Made by a program: the position numbers and the translations under genes
Part shown: positions 1 through 12,442 of the stretch, piece by piece
How positions within the stretch are numbered: position 1 is the stretch's first letter
Layout of the letters: every line of letters starts with the position of its first letter
The notes under the pieces: model-generated
The model's database searches: none
What the model was told of the DNA's origin: nothing
Seen by the model: only the letters and a program-made list of their open reading frames with translations
Assembly: GCA_051531975.1 (NCBI GenBank)
Contig: JAOPTT010000013.1
Coordinates: 96,001 to 160,000, forward strand
Reading direction: 5' to 3'
Length of the DNA stretch: 64,000 nt
DNA from: Spirochaetaceae bacterium
GTDB taxonomy: Bacteria > Spirochaetota > Spirochaetia > DSM-2461

Positions 1-29
1 AAATAAAAATATTAAGAATTTAAACCGTT

Positions 30-250
30 TTATTAACAAGTTATCCACAATTATAGGATTTTTATAGAATGAATTTAAATTCATCTAAATTTAATTTTAA
101 ATTAATATAAATACATTTTTAAGTATATATTCGACAATTAATGAATAAATATACGATATAATAATATATAAGTGAATATATCCACATTTAAACAATTTTT
201 TATAATGAATTTATGCAATATTTGATATTTTTGTACACAAGTTATCCACA
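30..250. promoter_or_regulatory. DnaA-box cluster downstream of jag
   Basis: TTATCCACA at 41-49 and 242-250; variants TTATTAACA 30-38, ATATCCACA 178-186, TTGTACACA 231-239; very AT-rich non-coding DNA. Confidence 0.75.
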
Positions 251-254
251 ATGC

Positions 255-280
255 AAAAAAAAACCACCCTAAGGTGGCTT
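255..280 (-). terminator. Rho-independent terminator after jag
   Basis: Minus strand AAGCCACC-TTAG-GGTGGTTT followed by a T run, just past the jag stop. Confidence 0.8.
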
Positions 281-285
281 CTATA

Positions 286-942
286 CTAGTCTCTAGTACC
301 TTTATATATAACTCTTATACGTTTAAAGGTACCTTCACCCTCACTTTGAGTGATTACATCGTTAATTTCATTTAAGGCAGAATGAACCAATCTTCTCTCA
401 AATGGATTAAGTGGTTCTAATAATCTTGAACTTTTAGTACTACAAACTATATCAGCTGTTTTTAGTGCAGAACGTACAATATTATCTTCTCGCCTTGTTC
501 TATAATTTTCAACATCTAAAATAATTCTTAGTGATGATTCATCTTTATTGATAAACTTACCAGCATATACATTTACTAAAAGCTGTATAGCATCTAAATT
601 TTTACCTCTTTTTCCAATAATAATAGCAGAATCCTCTGTTATTATATCCAACATTAAACGATTTTCAGATCTTTCTAAAATTACAACTTTTCCCTTATAT
701 CCCATTTTGGATATAATTTCTTTAGTAAAGTTTAAAATACTCTCTTCAAAATCATTCTCAGCTACAGAATTATTATCATTATTGTAATGGATTCTAATTT
801 TAACAGAAGATTTTTTAAATAAAAAACCTCTATTTTCTGTTTCTAAAATCTCTACATCAAATTCATCCCGTTTAAGACCTAGTTCATTTACAGCTCTTTC
901 AATAGCATCTTTTTCAGTTTTACCTGCAAATTCTCTTATCAT
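286..942 (-). CDS. jag: RNA-binding protein Jag/KhpB/EloR (Jag_N, KH, R3H)
   Basis: IIGKRGKNLDAIQ KH motif, ERRLVH R3H motif; directly downstream of yidC. Confidence 0.93.
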   Translation of the reverse strand: MIREFAGKTEKDAIERAVNELGLKRDEFDVEILETENRGFLFKKSSVKIRIHYNNDNNSVAENDFEESILNFTKEIISKMGYKGKVVILERSENRLMLDIITEDSAIIIGKRGKNLDAIQLLVNVYAGKFINKDESSLRIILDVENYRTRREDNIVRSALKTADIVCSTKSSRLLEPLNPFERRLVHSALNEINDVITQSEGEGTFKRIRVIYKGTRD

Positions 943-990
943 AATTTTAACACTCCCGGTTAAAGTAAATTTTAATTGAGTATTACGCTA

Positions 991-2766
991 TTATTTTTTG
1001 CCTTTTTTCTTTTTTTTCTTCTGAGCTTTTTCCTCTAACACTAAATCATGTTGTTTGTCAGATTTCTTTTTACTTTTAATCTGTTGCGCAGAACTTATTA
1101 GATTTTGTGTAATCCAATATAGTAATAAACCAGAACTCTGATTGTACATAATGAAGAAAAACATTATAGGCATACCTAGCGTAAGCATTTTTGTTTGCAT
1201 AGCAGAAGCGCCAGCACCACCACCAGCTTGTTGGTTTTGTGTAAATTTCATGGATATTAACTGAGTAGCTACATAAATAATAGGTAATAATCTAAGAGCA
1301 TCCCAACCAACTAAAGGAAGTTGAAATCCAAATTGAAGTACAAATTCTGGCTTAGAAAGGTCAATTATCCAACCAGGAATAAAAGTTGCACCTTTTAAAC
1401 CTATATATTCATTAAACAGAGAGTAGAATGTAATAAATATTGGCATTTGTAATAACATAGGTAGACAACCACCTAGAGGATTAACACCTTCTTTTTTATA
1501 TAACTCTGCTGTTGCTGCATTTAATTTTGCTGCATCATCTTTATATTTTGCTTGTAATTTTTTAAGTTCAGGTTGAATAGTCTGCATTTTACCCATCGAG
1601 TCAAAACTCTTTTTAGTAAAAGGAAACAGTACTATTTTTAAAAGTATAGTTAATAAAATAATAGATATACCATAGTTATTAACTACAGAATTAATGAACT
1701 CTAATATCATCATAAAAAACATTGCTAAAGGTCTCATAGTAAAATGTATTATTCTATCTAACCCTACAACAGCCATATTCCAACCGTTATTTTCAGAATT
1801 TGCATAAGTTTTTAATTTTTCATGATCTTTAGGACCTGCATAAATTTTATATGTATCTTCAATAAAAGAACTATTAAGATTGCTTCTACTTAATATAAGT
1901 TCACCAGTCTCTTTACCATCAAAAAGTTTATTTGTGTAATATATAGAAGGATTATTATTATCTGGAATTATAGCTAAAGTAAAAAACTTTGCTTCAATAG
2001 CTGTCCAATCATAAGATTCATTATAAGTAATTTCTTGTTTTTTTACTTTTAACTCATCCCTTTTACCATCAGTATATATAGATAATTTTCGATAATCTTC
2101 TCTTCTATCAAGTTTAACAAACTCTGGACCTATTTGTTTTGTAACATTTAAAGAATATACAGATCCATTACTATTCATAGGTATTAGACTATTATCATTA
2201 TTCTTTAAAGATATTTTTAATTCAAACATATAGTCATTTGGTAAAAATTTATAAGTTTTAACCAATGTTAAAGGTGAAGAATTACTACCTGAACTGTCTT
2301 TTAATCTAAATTTACGACTAAATTGATGAGTATTATTATCTAATTTTTTATATTCAAAAATTTCATTAAATAATTTATCTCCAACAGTCATATTAAAAAG
2401 AGCGTTATTATCTATTTCTTGGAGAACCATATCAACTATAGTTTCATCATTAACATCTATCGTATGGTCTAATAACTTTAAACTAGTTATATTTCCACCT
2501 TTAGTATTAAAAGTTACATCAAATAACTCAGTAGAATAATTAATACTTTTTTCTATATATGTAGTAGAATCTTCAAGTTCTTCAATTACATTACTATCTT
2601 CATTTTTAATAATAGGTTCAGATTCATTTGTAATATTATTTTCTTCAGATTCAATTACCGTATTAATAACTGTATCATCTGTAGGATATAAATAACTATT
2701 TAATGCGTTAAAACCTAAAAAAACTACTGTACTAAGCACAATCGCTAGAACTGTTCTTTTTTCCAT
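991..2766 (-). CDS. yidC: Membrane protein insertase YidC
   Basis: N-terminal TM, large periplasmic domain, NPLGGCLPMLLQMPIF and GLLLYW motifs. Confidence 0.96.
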   Translation of the reverse strand: MEKRTVLAIVLSTVVFLGFNALNSYLYPTDDTVINTVIESEENNITNESEPIIKNEDSNVIEELEDSTTYIEKSINYSTELFDVTFNTKGGNITSLKLLDHTIDVNDETIVDMVLQEIDNNALFNMTVGDKLFNEIFEYKKLDNNTHQFSRKFRLKDSSGSNSSPLTLVKTYKFLPNDYMFELKISLKNNDNSLIPMNSNGSVYSLNVTKQIGPEFVKLDRREDYRKLSIYTDGKRDELKVKKQEITYNESYDWTAIEAKFFTLAIIPDNNNPSIYYTNKLFDGKETGELILSRSNLNSSFIEDTYKIYAGPKDHEKLKTYANSENNGWNMAVVGLDRIIHFTMRPLAMFFMMILEFINSVVNNYGISIILLTILLKIVLFPFTKKSFDSMGKMQTIQPELKKLQAKYKDDAAKLNAATAELYKKEGVNPLGGCLPMLLQMPIFITFYSLFNEYIGLKGATFIPGWIIDLSKPEFVLQFGFQLPLVGWDALRLLPIIYVATQLISMKFTQNQQAGGGAGASAMQTKMLTLGMPIMFFFIMYNQSSGLLLYWITQNLISSAQQIKSKKKSDKQHDLVLEEKAQKKKKKKGKK

Positions 2767-3129
2767 TTATATAAACTCCACTGAATTTTCAACTTTCAAA
2801 TTTGCTTTTTGTAACAGGCTAAAAAACTGAGATTCTCTAGATTCGTGACTAAAGTTACCAGGATATAAAATTATGATAATATCCCAACCTGTTAAAATAT
2901 ATTTTTTATTTAATCTGTATAATTCTCTAAAAATTCGTTTAGCTCTGTTTCTTTCGACTGAATTGCCAAATTTTCTCACAAGAGTAATAGCAAAACGACT
3001 ATAAGATAAGTTGTTCTTTAAATAAACAATTTTTGCACCTGCAGTATTTGATCTACTGCCGGTTGCAAAAACAGTTTTTAAATCAGATTGACTACTTAGT
3101 CTCTCTGATTTAGTAAGGGTTGTTCTCAT
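2767..3129 (-). CDS. rnpA: Ribonuclease P protein component
   Basis: [20 protein letters not shown] motif; ATG at 3129 preferred over the track's 3135; overlaps rpmH 3' end. Confidence 0.92.
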   Translation of the reverse strand: MRTTLTKSERLSSQSDLKTVFATGSRSNTAGAKIVYLKNNLSYSRFAITLVRKFGNSVERNRAKRIFRELYRLNKKYILTGWDIIIILYPGNFSHESRESQFFSLLQKANLKVENSVEFI

Positions 3130-3265
3130 TAGCAACTGATAATTTAGCTCTTCCCTTTCTTCTTCTTCTTGATAACACTGCTCTTCCTGCTTTTGTACTC
3201 ATTCTAGCTCGGAATCCGTGCTTTCTGTTTCTTTTAACCTTACTTGGCTGATAAGTTCGTTTCAT
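3110..3265 (-). CDS. rpmH: 50S ribosomal protein L34 (not in ORF track)
   Basis: Manual translation [58 protein letters not shown] upstream. Confidence 0.97.
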   Translation of the reverse strand: MKRTYQPSKVKRNRKHGFRARMSTKAGRAVLSRRRRKGRAKLSVANENNPY

Positions 3266-3366
3266 ACCTTAGAATAACTCCTATATCTCTAATAACTTCT
3301 AAAATTTCAATATGATAAGTGACTGTAATATACTTTTATAATAAATCAAATGTCAACTATATAAGA

Positions 3367-3777
3367 TTACTCTTCAGATCTTTTACTCATTTTTTTAAGT
3401 AATTCAGAAAAATTCGCATTATCTATTTCAACTTTATCTCGATTAATATCTGTATTTTTTAAAATATCTTTAGTTTTATCGTTAATTTTATTACTATTTT
3501 TGAAATAAAACTTTATTTTCTTAACTGATAACTCTGGAAACTTTTTATTTATTTTTTTTAAAATATACTTCTCTTTTAACAAAATTAGTTGTTTCCAACC
3601 AGGGTGATCTATCTGAATTATTAAATTTCCATCAACAATATCTTTTATTTCACTATTATTTCCTATTTTATCTCCAGTTATTTCATTCCAGGAATTATGA
3701 AAAGAATTATATTGTTCTCCCTCTTTTTTTTGTACTTCATTAAAATATATATTAACTAAATCTCCAGCTTTCTTCAT
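3367..3777 (-). CDS. DciA/DUF721 family protein
   Basis: W..I.G..I and L.I..DHPGW.Q pattern; directly after recF. Confidence 0.8.
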   Translation of the reverse strand: MKKAGDLVNIYFNEVQKKEGEQYNSFHNSWNEITGDKIGNNSEIKDIVDGNLIIQIDHPGWKQLILLKEKYILKKINKKFPELSVKKIKFYFKNSNKINDKTKDILKNTDINRDKVEIDNANFSELLKKMSKRSEE

Positions 3778-4847
3778 TCTGTTAAATTTCCTTCAATAAT
3801 ATAAAAAACTTTAGCTTCATGTTTTTTTAATGCAGAACTATCTGGTAAAAAAGTATAAAAAGCTTGTTCATACTCAGGTAAATTATTCATAAAAAGTTCT
3901 CTCTTTTCATTATCTAATTCTAATAATACATCGTCTAGTAACAAAATAGGCTTTCTACCAGTTTTATCTGAGAAAAATATTCCTTGAGCTGCTCTTAAAA
4001 TTAAAGAAACTAATCTTAATTGCCCAGTTGATGCAAATTCATTAAAATCTTTTTTTTCATAAATAAATTTAAAATTATCTCTATGGGGGCCATAGCAGCT
4101 AGTTTTCATCTTTAATTCGTAATTAATTTTATTATTTATACTATTAACAATTTCTTCTTTATTATCTGTTTTCCAAGAAGATATATAATCAATGTTTAAC
4201 TTTCCATTCAAATCAGAAATATTATTGAACATCTCTGAAATAACAATATTAAATTGCTTAATAACATTATTTCTTTTATTTTGTAATAATATTCCATAAT
4301 CAACAAGTTTCTCTGTATAAATTTTAATTAGTTCAATATCACTAGCTTCTTTTAAAAGTTTATTTCTATTTTTTAGTATATTTTTGTAATTTCTTAATAA
4401 AACAATAAAATCACTATCTAATAACGAAAGCGTCTGATCGAAAAAATTTCTTTTTTTATCTGGAGAACCTACTACAAAATCTAAATCACCATGACAAAAT
4501 ACAATACATGGCATATTTAACATAATATCTCTTCTATCAGTAATTATTTTATCATTATAAATTATTTTTTTTTGACCTTTATCAAGCTGAATACTAATTT
4601 TATTTAAGCTATTATCATTTTTTTCAAATTTTGCTGCAGCTGCCATCTGATTTTGCTTATGTTTTAAAATTATATTATCGTGTTTAGTTCTAAATGAGGA
4701 TCCGTAGCATAAAAAATAGAGTGCTTCTAGAATATTAGTTTTACCCTGTCCATTTTTACCTACAAAATAAACCTCAGGATAATCTAAATCAATTCTTAAT
4801 GATTCAAAATTCCTGAAGTTATATAAGTATAATTCTTTAAATCCCAA
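3774..4847 (-). CDS. recF: DNA replication/repair protein RecF
   Basis: NFRN, GKNGQGKTN Walker A, GPHRD, STGQ, LLLDD; TTG start. Confidence 0.96.
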   Translation of the reverse strand: MGFKELYLYNFRNFESLRIDLDYPEVYFVGKNGQGKTNILEALYFLCYGSSFRTKHDNIILKHKQNQMAAAAKFEKNDNSLNKISIQLDKGQKKIIYNDKIITDRRDIMLNMPCIVFCHGDLDFVVGSPDKKRNFFDQTLSLLDSDFIVLLRNYKNILKNRNKLLKEASDIELIKIYTEKLVDYGILLQNKRNNVIKQFNIVISEMFNNISDLNGKLNIDYISSWKTDNKEEIVNSINNKINYELKMKTSCYGPHRDNFKFIYEKKDFNEFASTGQLRLVSLILRAAQGIFFSDKTGRKPILLLDDVLLELDNEKRELFMNNLPEYEQAFYTFLPDSSALKKHEAKVFYIIEGNLTE

Positions 4848-4853
4848 ATGATG

Positions 4854-5960
4854 TTAATCAACCTGCATTGGTTGAATCATATGTAAAAAATTACTTTTTG
4901 GTGAAGAATACATCATTACTGGTCTGGCTTCATCTGTAAAACAAAATTCAATAGATTCATCTTGAATAGCTTTTAAAGGTTCTAACAAGTACTGATAATT
5001 AAGTGCAATAGTTGTCTTAGGTCCAGAATATTCACATTCAAACTCTTCTTTTGCATTACCAATATCACTCTCTTCAGATAAAAGTGTTAATTTTCCTTCT
5101 TCTAAAGTAATAAAAATTCTTCTAGATCTACTCTCTGCTAATAAAGAAACCCTTTTAATTGCTGTAACAAATTTATTTTTATCAATTACAGCAGTTTTTT
5201 CAGGTGTTTCAGTTGTTATTCTAGAATACTGAGGAAATTGGCCTTCAATCAAAGTTGATGATATTTTTTGATTATCTAATTTGAAATGAATATTTTTATC
5301 AATTATTGCAATTGAAATATTTCCTTCACCAGAAGATAATTTTTTTATTAAGCTTAAAATTTTGATAGGAACAATTACTCCGTCAAAATTTTCCATTTCG
5401 TATGGAAAGGCACTATCAATATAAGATAATCTTCTACCATCTGTAGCAACCATTAATGCTTTATCACTATTTTTCTCAAAATATACACCATTTAAAAAAT
5501 ATCTTGTTTCATCATCAGATACAGCAAAAATAGTTTGATTAATCATTTGATTATATTCAAATTGTGGTAATTCAAAATAATGTTCATTTGAAATATTAAT
5601 TATTTCAGGAAAATTATCTGATGGAATGCATCTTAGTTTAAAATCTATATGTTGACCAATTGGTTTAATACTTAAAATATTATCTTCATTTTTTTCAAAC
5701 TCTATTTCTGATTCTGGTAAATTTCTAAGTACATTTAAAAACTTGTCACAAAATACTGTAGTTTTACCGGATTCAATTACTTGAACTGGAATTTTTGTTT
5801 CAAAGTTAACTTTAAGATCTGTAGCTTTTATAGTTAGTCTATTATGTCCTACTTCTAAAAGCACATTTGATAATATAGATAAAGCATTTCTACCGGATAT
5901 TATTTCTTGTGCAATCATGATCTCTTTTAATAAAACACTTTTATTACAACTGAATTTCAT
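4854..5960 (-). CDS. dnaN: DNA polymerase III beta clamp
   Basis: ATDL, ATDGRRL, LIEGQFP motifs; 368 aa; after dnaA. Confidence 0.97.
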   Translation of the reverse strand: MKFSCNKSVLLKEIMIAQEIISGRNALSILSNVLLEVGHNRLTIKATDLKVNFETKIPVQVIESGKTTVFCDKFLNVLRNLPESEIEFEKNEDNILSIKPIGQHIDFKLRCIPSDNFPEIINISNEHYFELPQFEYNQMINQTIFAVSDDETRYFLNGVYFEKNSDKALMVATDGRRLSYIDSAFPYEMENFDGVIVPIKILSLIKKLSSGEGNISIAIIDKNIHFKLDNQKISSTLIEGQFPQYSRITTETPEKTAVIDKNKFVTAIKRVSLLAESRSRRIFITLEEGKLTLLSEESDIGNAKEEFECEYSGPKTTIALNYQYLLEPLKAIQDESIEFCFTDEARPVMMYSSPKSNFLHMIQPMQVD

Positions 5961-6154
5961 ACATTCTCCTTTTAATACTTATTAATTATAAAATAGTAGT
6001 AGTAATAGTAGGCTCACTGTATAAGTGTATAACCTACATAACCTCTTTTATAGTATATATTTATTGATGTGAATTCAATGTTAATAAAATAACACTGTTT
6101 TCCACATATTAACAAGCATGTAATTTTATCCACAAATTTAACATACTTATTAAC
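5961..6154. other. oriC (dnaA-dnaN intergenic) with DnaA boxes, DnaA-trios and AT-rich unwinding region
   Basis: TTATCCACA 6126-6134, TTTTCCACA 6098-6106, TGTTAATAA 6079-6087, tandem degenerate boxes ~6016-6032, TAG-TAG-TAG-TAA-TAG-TAG 5994-6011. Confidence 0.88.
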
Positions 6155-7564
6155 TTAGTTTCCACCACTTTCTTTAATAGTTCTTACTATATTATTTATA
6201 GTAGGTTCTAATGTAGAATTTGTAATTGTCATATCTTCTATCTTCTGACAAGAGTGCATTACAGTAGTATGATCTCTTCCACCAAATTCTAATCCTATCT
6301 CAGTTGTTGAAAAATCTGTAATCTCTCTAATAATATACATTGCTACTTGTCTAGGAAAAGTTACTACTTTAGTTCTTTTTTTACTTTTAAGATCATTAGT
6401 AGTAACATTAAAATACTCTGCTACTGCTTTTTGTACTTTATCTATTGTAATATTAAGTTGAAGTGGCTTCTGGAAAACATGTTTTAACTGTGTTTTTGCT
6501 ACATCCATAGTTATTTTTTTACCAACAAGTTCAGCGTAGGCAATTAATTTTGTTAAAGCTGCTTCTAAATCTCTAATATTTGTAGTTATATTTTTAGACA
6601 TAAAATTAAGCACTTCATCAGGTATATCTACGTTTTTTTCATTTAATTTATTTCTTAATATAGCTACCCTCGTTTCAAAATCAGGAGGAAGAAGGTCTAC
6701 ATTTAAACCCCTTTCGAATCTACTTTTTAATCTATCAGAAAATTTTTGTAATTCACTAGGGGGTCTATCACATGTAAATACTAACTGTTTGTTTGAATCA
6801 TAAAGAGCATTAAATGTATGGAAAAGTTCTTCTTGAGTACTATTTTTGTTTTGTAAATCATGAATATCATCAATTAATAATACATCTACCTTTCTATATT
6901 TACTTTTAAACTTGCTTTGAGTATTTGTACTTATAGAATTAATAAATTCGTTAATAAAGGTTTCTGCAGGTATATATACTATTTTCATTTCTGGGTGTTT
7001 ATTATGTATACCATTTCCTATTGCTTGCATTAAATGTGTTTTTCCAAGGCCAACTCCACCATAAATTAAACATGGATTATAATCTTTACCAGGATTATTA
7101 ACTATTGCTTTTCCAGCATTTGTTGGTAGAGAGTTATTATCTCCAATAACATAGTTTTCAAATGTATAGTTTTCATTTAGCTGATAGTGTTGTGGATTAG
7201 AGTTAGTTATATTAACTGTTTTAGTTGTAAATTTATCAGTTTTAATATCAGAATTATTTGTTTTAGCTATATTTGGTCTTATTTTTTCTGTATTAGCTAT
7301 TTCTTTTTGTATAATTGTAAAATCTAATTTTATAGAAGTTCCAGATAACTCAAATAATTTTTTTTCTAATAATGAGCTATATCTAAGTTTAATTTGATCT
7401 TTATAAAATTTTGAAGGTACACTTAAAACTATATTATCTTCGTTGGAAGATGTGTATTTCATGTTGTTAAACCACATACTACACTCTTGTTCGCTTAGAA
7501 GATTTTCTTCTTTTAATTGTTTTATAGTTTCGTACCAGAATATATCATATTCAATTGAAGACAT
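6155..7564 (-). CDS. dnaA: Chromosomal replication initiator DnaA
   Basis: YNP.LIYGGVGLGKTHL, LLIDDI, QEELFHTFN, GGRDHTTVMH. Confidence 0.99.
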   Translation of the reverse strand: MSSIEYDIFWYETIKQLKEENLLSEQECSMWFNNMKYTSSNEDNIVLSVPSKFYKDQIKLRYSSLLEKKLFELSGTSIKLDFTIIQKEIANTEKIRPNIAKTNNSDIKTDKFTTKTVNITNSNPQHYQLNENYTFENYVIGDNNSLPTNAGKAIVNNPGKDYNPCLIYGGVGLGKTHLMQAIGNGIHNKHPEMKIVYIPAETFINEFINSISTNTQSKFKSKYRKVDVLLIDDIHDLQNKNSTQEELFHTFNALYDSNKQLVFTCDRPPSELQKFSDRLKSRFERGLNVDLLPPDFETRVAILRNKLNEKNVDIPDEVLNFMSKNITTNIRDLEAALTKLIAYAELVGKKITMDVAKTQLKHVFQKPLQLNITIDKVQKAVAEYFNVTTNDLKSKKRTKVVTFPRQVAMYIIREITDFSTTEIGLEFGGRDHTTVMHSCQKIEDMTITNSTLEPTINNIVRTIKESGGN

Positions 7565-7577
7565 TATTCCTCCAAAT

Positions 7578-7733
7578 TGTTAATAATTTATACACAAGCA
7601 ATATTATATTAATATACTTATATTAAATATAACTTAATTACTTATTATATATAGAATTAAACTAATTGATTAGTTATATACTAAATCAATTTTTTGTCTT
7701 TTATTTACTGGTATTATACACAATTTATTAACA
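7578..7733. promoter_or_regulatory. DnaA boxes in the dnaA/gyrB divergent promoter region
   Basis: TTATACACA at 7588-7596 and 7714-7722, each next to a TTATTAACA-type variant (7578-7586 reverse; 7725-7733). Confidence 0.75.
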
Positions 7734-7841
7734 GGCGCAAATAATAAGCTAATATTCTTTAGATTATTTTTAGAAATATTGCTTTCTATTTACTTTTTTG
7801 ATATCTGACGCTATAATATTTTAATCCAATCAAACAATTAG

Positions 7842-9761
<1,920 letters not shown>

Positions 9762-9775
9762 ATAAGGGAGTTTTT

Positions 9776-12355
9776 GTGGCAGATCATGTAGGACGAGTAA
9801 TCCCAATAGCAATAGAAGATGAAGTTAAAGAGTCATATTTAACTTATGCAATGTCTGTAATAGTTAGTAGAGCTTTACCAGATGCTAGAGATGGATTAAA
9901 ACCAGTACATAGACGTATTTTATATTCAATGAGTGAGATGGGTTTAAGAAATAATACACCTTATAAAAAATGTGGACGTATTGTTGGTGATGTTTTAGGT
10001 AAGTATCATCCCCATGGAGATCAATCAATTTATGATGCTTTAGTAAGATTAGCACAGGATTTTTCATTAAGAATGCCAGTAGTTCAAGGTCAAGGTAACT
10101 TTGGTTCTGTTGATGGAGATCCACCAGCAGCAATGAGATATACTGAGGCTAGATTAGCAAAAGTTTCAGAAGCTATATTAAGAGATATAAAAAAAGAGAC
10201 TGTAGATTTTAGACCTAACTATGATGATTCTATGTTTGAACCATCTGTACTTCCTACAGCTTTTCCATTTTTATTAGTAAACGGTTCCAGTGGTATTGCT
10301 GTTGGTATGGCAACAAATATGGCTCCTCATAATTTAAGTGAGTGCTGTGATGCTATAAATGCAACAATTGATAATCCTGAACTAACAGCATTAGACTTAA
10401 CTGAATTTGTTAAAGGTCCAGATTTTCCTACAGGTGGTATTGTTTGTGGTCGTCAGGGTTATATTGATGCAGCAACTACTGGTAGAGGTAAAATAACTGT
10501 TAGATCTAAAACAGATCTTGAAGAATTAAGAAATGATAGAGAAGCTATTATTGTTACTGAAATTCCATATATGGTTAATAAGGCAAATTTAGTTCTTAAG
10601 ATTGCAGAACTTGTAAGAGATAAAAAAATAGATGGTATTTCAGATTTAAGAGATGAATCTGATAGAAATGGTATGAGAGTTGTAATAGTAATTAAAAAAG
10701 GATTCTCACCTAAAGTTGTATTAAACCAGTTATATGCACATACATCTCTACAACAAAACTTTAATGTTAATAACTTAGCTATTTTAAATGGTAGACCTAT
10801 AGCCTGTAACTTAAAAGATTTGGTTAAGATTTTTATTGAACATAGACAAGATGTTATTACAAGAAGAACTATATTTGATTTAAATAAAGCTAAAGATAGG
10901 GCTCATATATTAGAAGGTTTACAAATAGCTTTAGAAAATGTTGATGAAGTTGTAGCTATAATTAAAAAATCATCTAGTGTTGTTAACGCTAGAGTAGCTT
11001 TAATGGCCCGGTTTGAATTAAGTGAAAAACAAGCACAAGCTATTTTAGATATGCGTTTACAAAAAATTACTAGTCTTGAAACTCAAAAGATAATGGATGA
11101 GTTAAAAGAGATTCAAGAGTTAATAGCATATTTACAAGGATTATTAGATAATCCTGGTAGAATATTAGCAGTAATTAAAGAAGAGACATTAGAAATTAAA
11201 GAAAAATATGGTACTCCTAGATTTTCAGAACTTACAGTTCAGGAAGTTACAGGGATAACTATTGAAGATTTAATAGAACAAGAGGATATGGTTGTACTAA
11301 TATCTAATAAAGGTTTTATTAAACGTGTTTCTCTTTCTGAATATAAAGAACAAGGTAGAGGTGGAAAAGGTTCTAACTCTGCTAAGTTAAAAGATGGTGA
11401 CTTTGTTGAACATATATTTATAGCTAATACCCATGATGTTATTATGTTTGTTACTTCTGTAGGTAAAGCTTATTGGTTAAAAGTTCATGAGATTCCCGAA
11501 GCTTCTAGACAAGCTAGAGGTAGTCATTTAAAAACTATTTTTGAGTTTGAAGAAGAAGAAGAAATTACAACTACTGTTTCTTTAAATGGATTTACTGAAG
11601 ATACTTTCCTATTTATGGCAACAAATAGAGCTACCGTTAAGAGAGTAACAACTCATAACTTTAGAAATGCTAAAACTAGGGGTATAAAAGCTATTAAGTT
11701 AGATGAAGGTGAGAAGTTAATCTCAGCAAAATTAACTGATGGAAACCAGGATATTGTTCTTATTTCGCAAAAAGGGAAAGGTTTAAGGTTCCCTGAAACA
11801 GCTGTAAGAGTAATGGGTAGAGATACTCATGGTGTTAGGGGTATTAAATTAGCTGTTGACGATAAACTTATAGGTGTTTGTGTAGGTTCTGAACAAGAGC
11901 AGATGTTATTACTTTCAGAGAATGGTTTTGGTAAACGTACTCTTATGGGTAATTTATCTTATCATAATAGAGCTACTCAAGGTCAGATAATATATAAAGC
12001 TAATAAAAAAACTGGAAAAGTTATTGGTTCAATGACTGTAACTGAAGAGGATCATATCGTTTGTATTACTCAATTAGGGAAAACTTTAAAGGTTAGAACT
12101 AGTCTTGTAAGTCTTATTGGTAAAAATGCCTTTGGTGTTAAAATACTAAACATAGATAAAGATGATAACTTGGTTGGTTTGGCTAAGGCAGTTAATACTG
12201 ATCCAGAACCAGAACAAAAAGACCTTTTAGATATAGCAGCAACTGAAAATGATACAGAAACTATAGAAGATGATGTTCCACGTGAAACATCTGACAACAT
12301 AGAAACTACAGATGATGATGTTTTAAATGAAACAACTGATAATGTAGAAGAGTAA
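9776..12355 (+). CDS. gyrA: DNA gyrase subunit A
   Basis: YHPHGD, AAMRYTE, GyrA-box QGRGGKG, acidic tail; GTG start. Confidence 0.98.
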   Translation: MADHVGRVIPIAIEDEVKESYLTYAMSVIVSRALPDARDGLKPVHRRILYSMSEMGLRNNTPYKKCGRIVGDVLGKYHPHGDQSIYDALVRLAQDFSLRMPVVQGQGNFGSVDGDPPAAMRYTEARLAKVSEAILRDIKKETVDFRPNYDDSMFEPSVLPTAFPFLLVNGSSGIAVGMATNMAPHNLSECCDAINATIDNPELTALDLTEFVKGPDFPTGGIVCGRQGYIDAATTGRGKITVRSKTDLEELRNDREAIIVTEIPYMVNKANLVLKIAELVRDKKIDGISDLRDESDRNGMRVVIVIKKGFSPKVVLNQLYAHTSLQQNFNVNNLAILNGRPIACNLKDLVKIFIEHRQDVITRRTIFDLNKAKDRAHILEGLQIALENVDEVVAIIKKSSSVVNARVALMARFELSEKQAQAILDMRLQKITSLETQKIMDELKEIQELIAYLQGLLDNPGRILAVIKEETLEIKEKYGTPRFSELTVQEVTGITIEDLIEQEDMVVLISNKGFIKRVSLSEYKEQGRGGKGSNSAKLKDGDFVEHIFIANTHDVIMFVTSVGKAYWLKVHEIPEASRQARGSHLKTIFEFEEEEEITTTVSLNGFTEDTFLFMATNRATVKRVTTHNFRNAKTRGIKAIKLDEGEKLISAKLTDGNQDIVLISQKGKGLRFPETAVRVMGRDTHGVRGIKLAVDDKLIGVCVGSEQEQMLLLSENGFGKRTLMGNLSYHNRATQGQIIYKANKKTGKVIGSMTVTEEDHIVCITQLGKTLKVRTSLVSLIGKNAFGVKILNIDKDDNLVGLAKAVNTDPEPEQKDLLDIAATENDTETIEDDVPRETSDNIETTDDDVLNETTDNVEE
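12274..12289. promoter_or_regulatory. parS site inside gyrA
   Basis: TGTTCCACGTGAAACA matches the conserved chromosomal parS consensus; ~600 bp from parAB. Confidence 0.9.
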
Positions 12356-12371
12356 TTTAATTATTACTTAT

Positions 12372-12404
12372 AAAAAAAGGAGAGTCTAATAAACTCTCCT
12401 TTTT
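12372..12404. terminator. Bidirectional terminator between gyrA and the NifU-domain gene
   Basis: AAAAAAAGGAGAGT-ctaataa-ACTCTCCTTTTT. Confidence 0.85.
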
Positions 12405-12413
12405 AATTTATAA

Positions 12414-12429
12414 TGTTCCACGTGAAACA
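12414..12429. promoter_or_regulatory. parS site (intergenic)
   Basis: Second TGTTCCACGTGAAACA, 140 bp from the first. Confidence 0.92.
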
Positions 12430-12442
12430 TCTATTTAAACTA

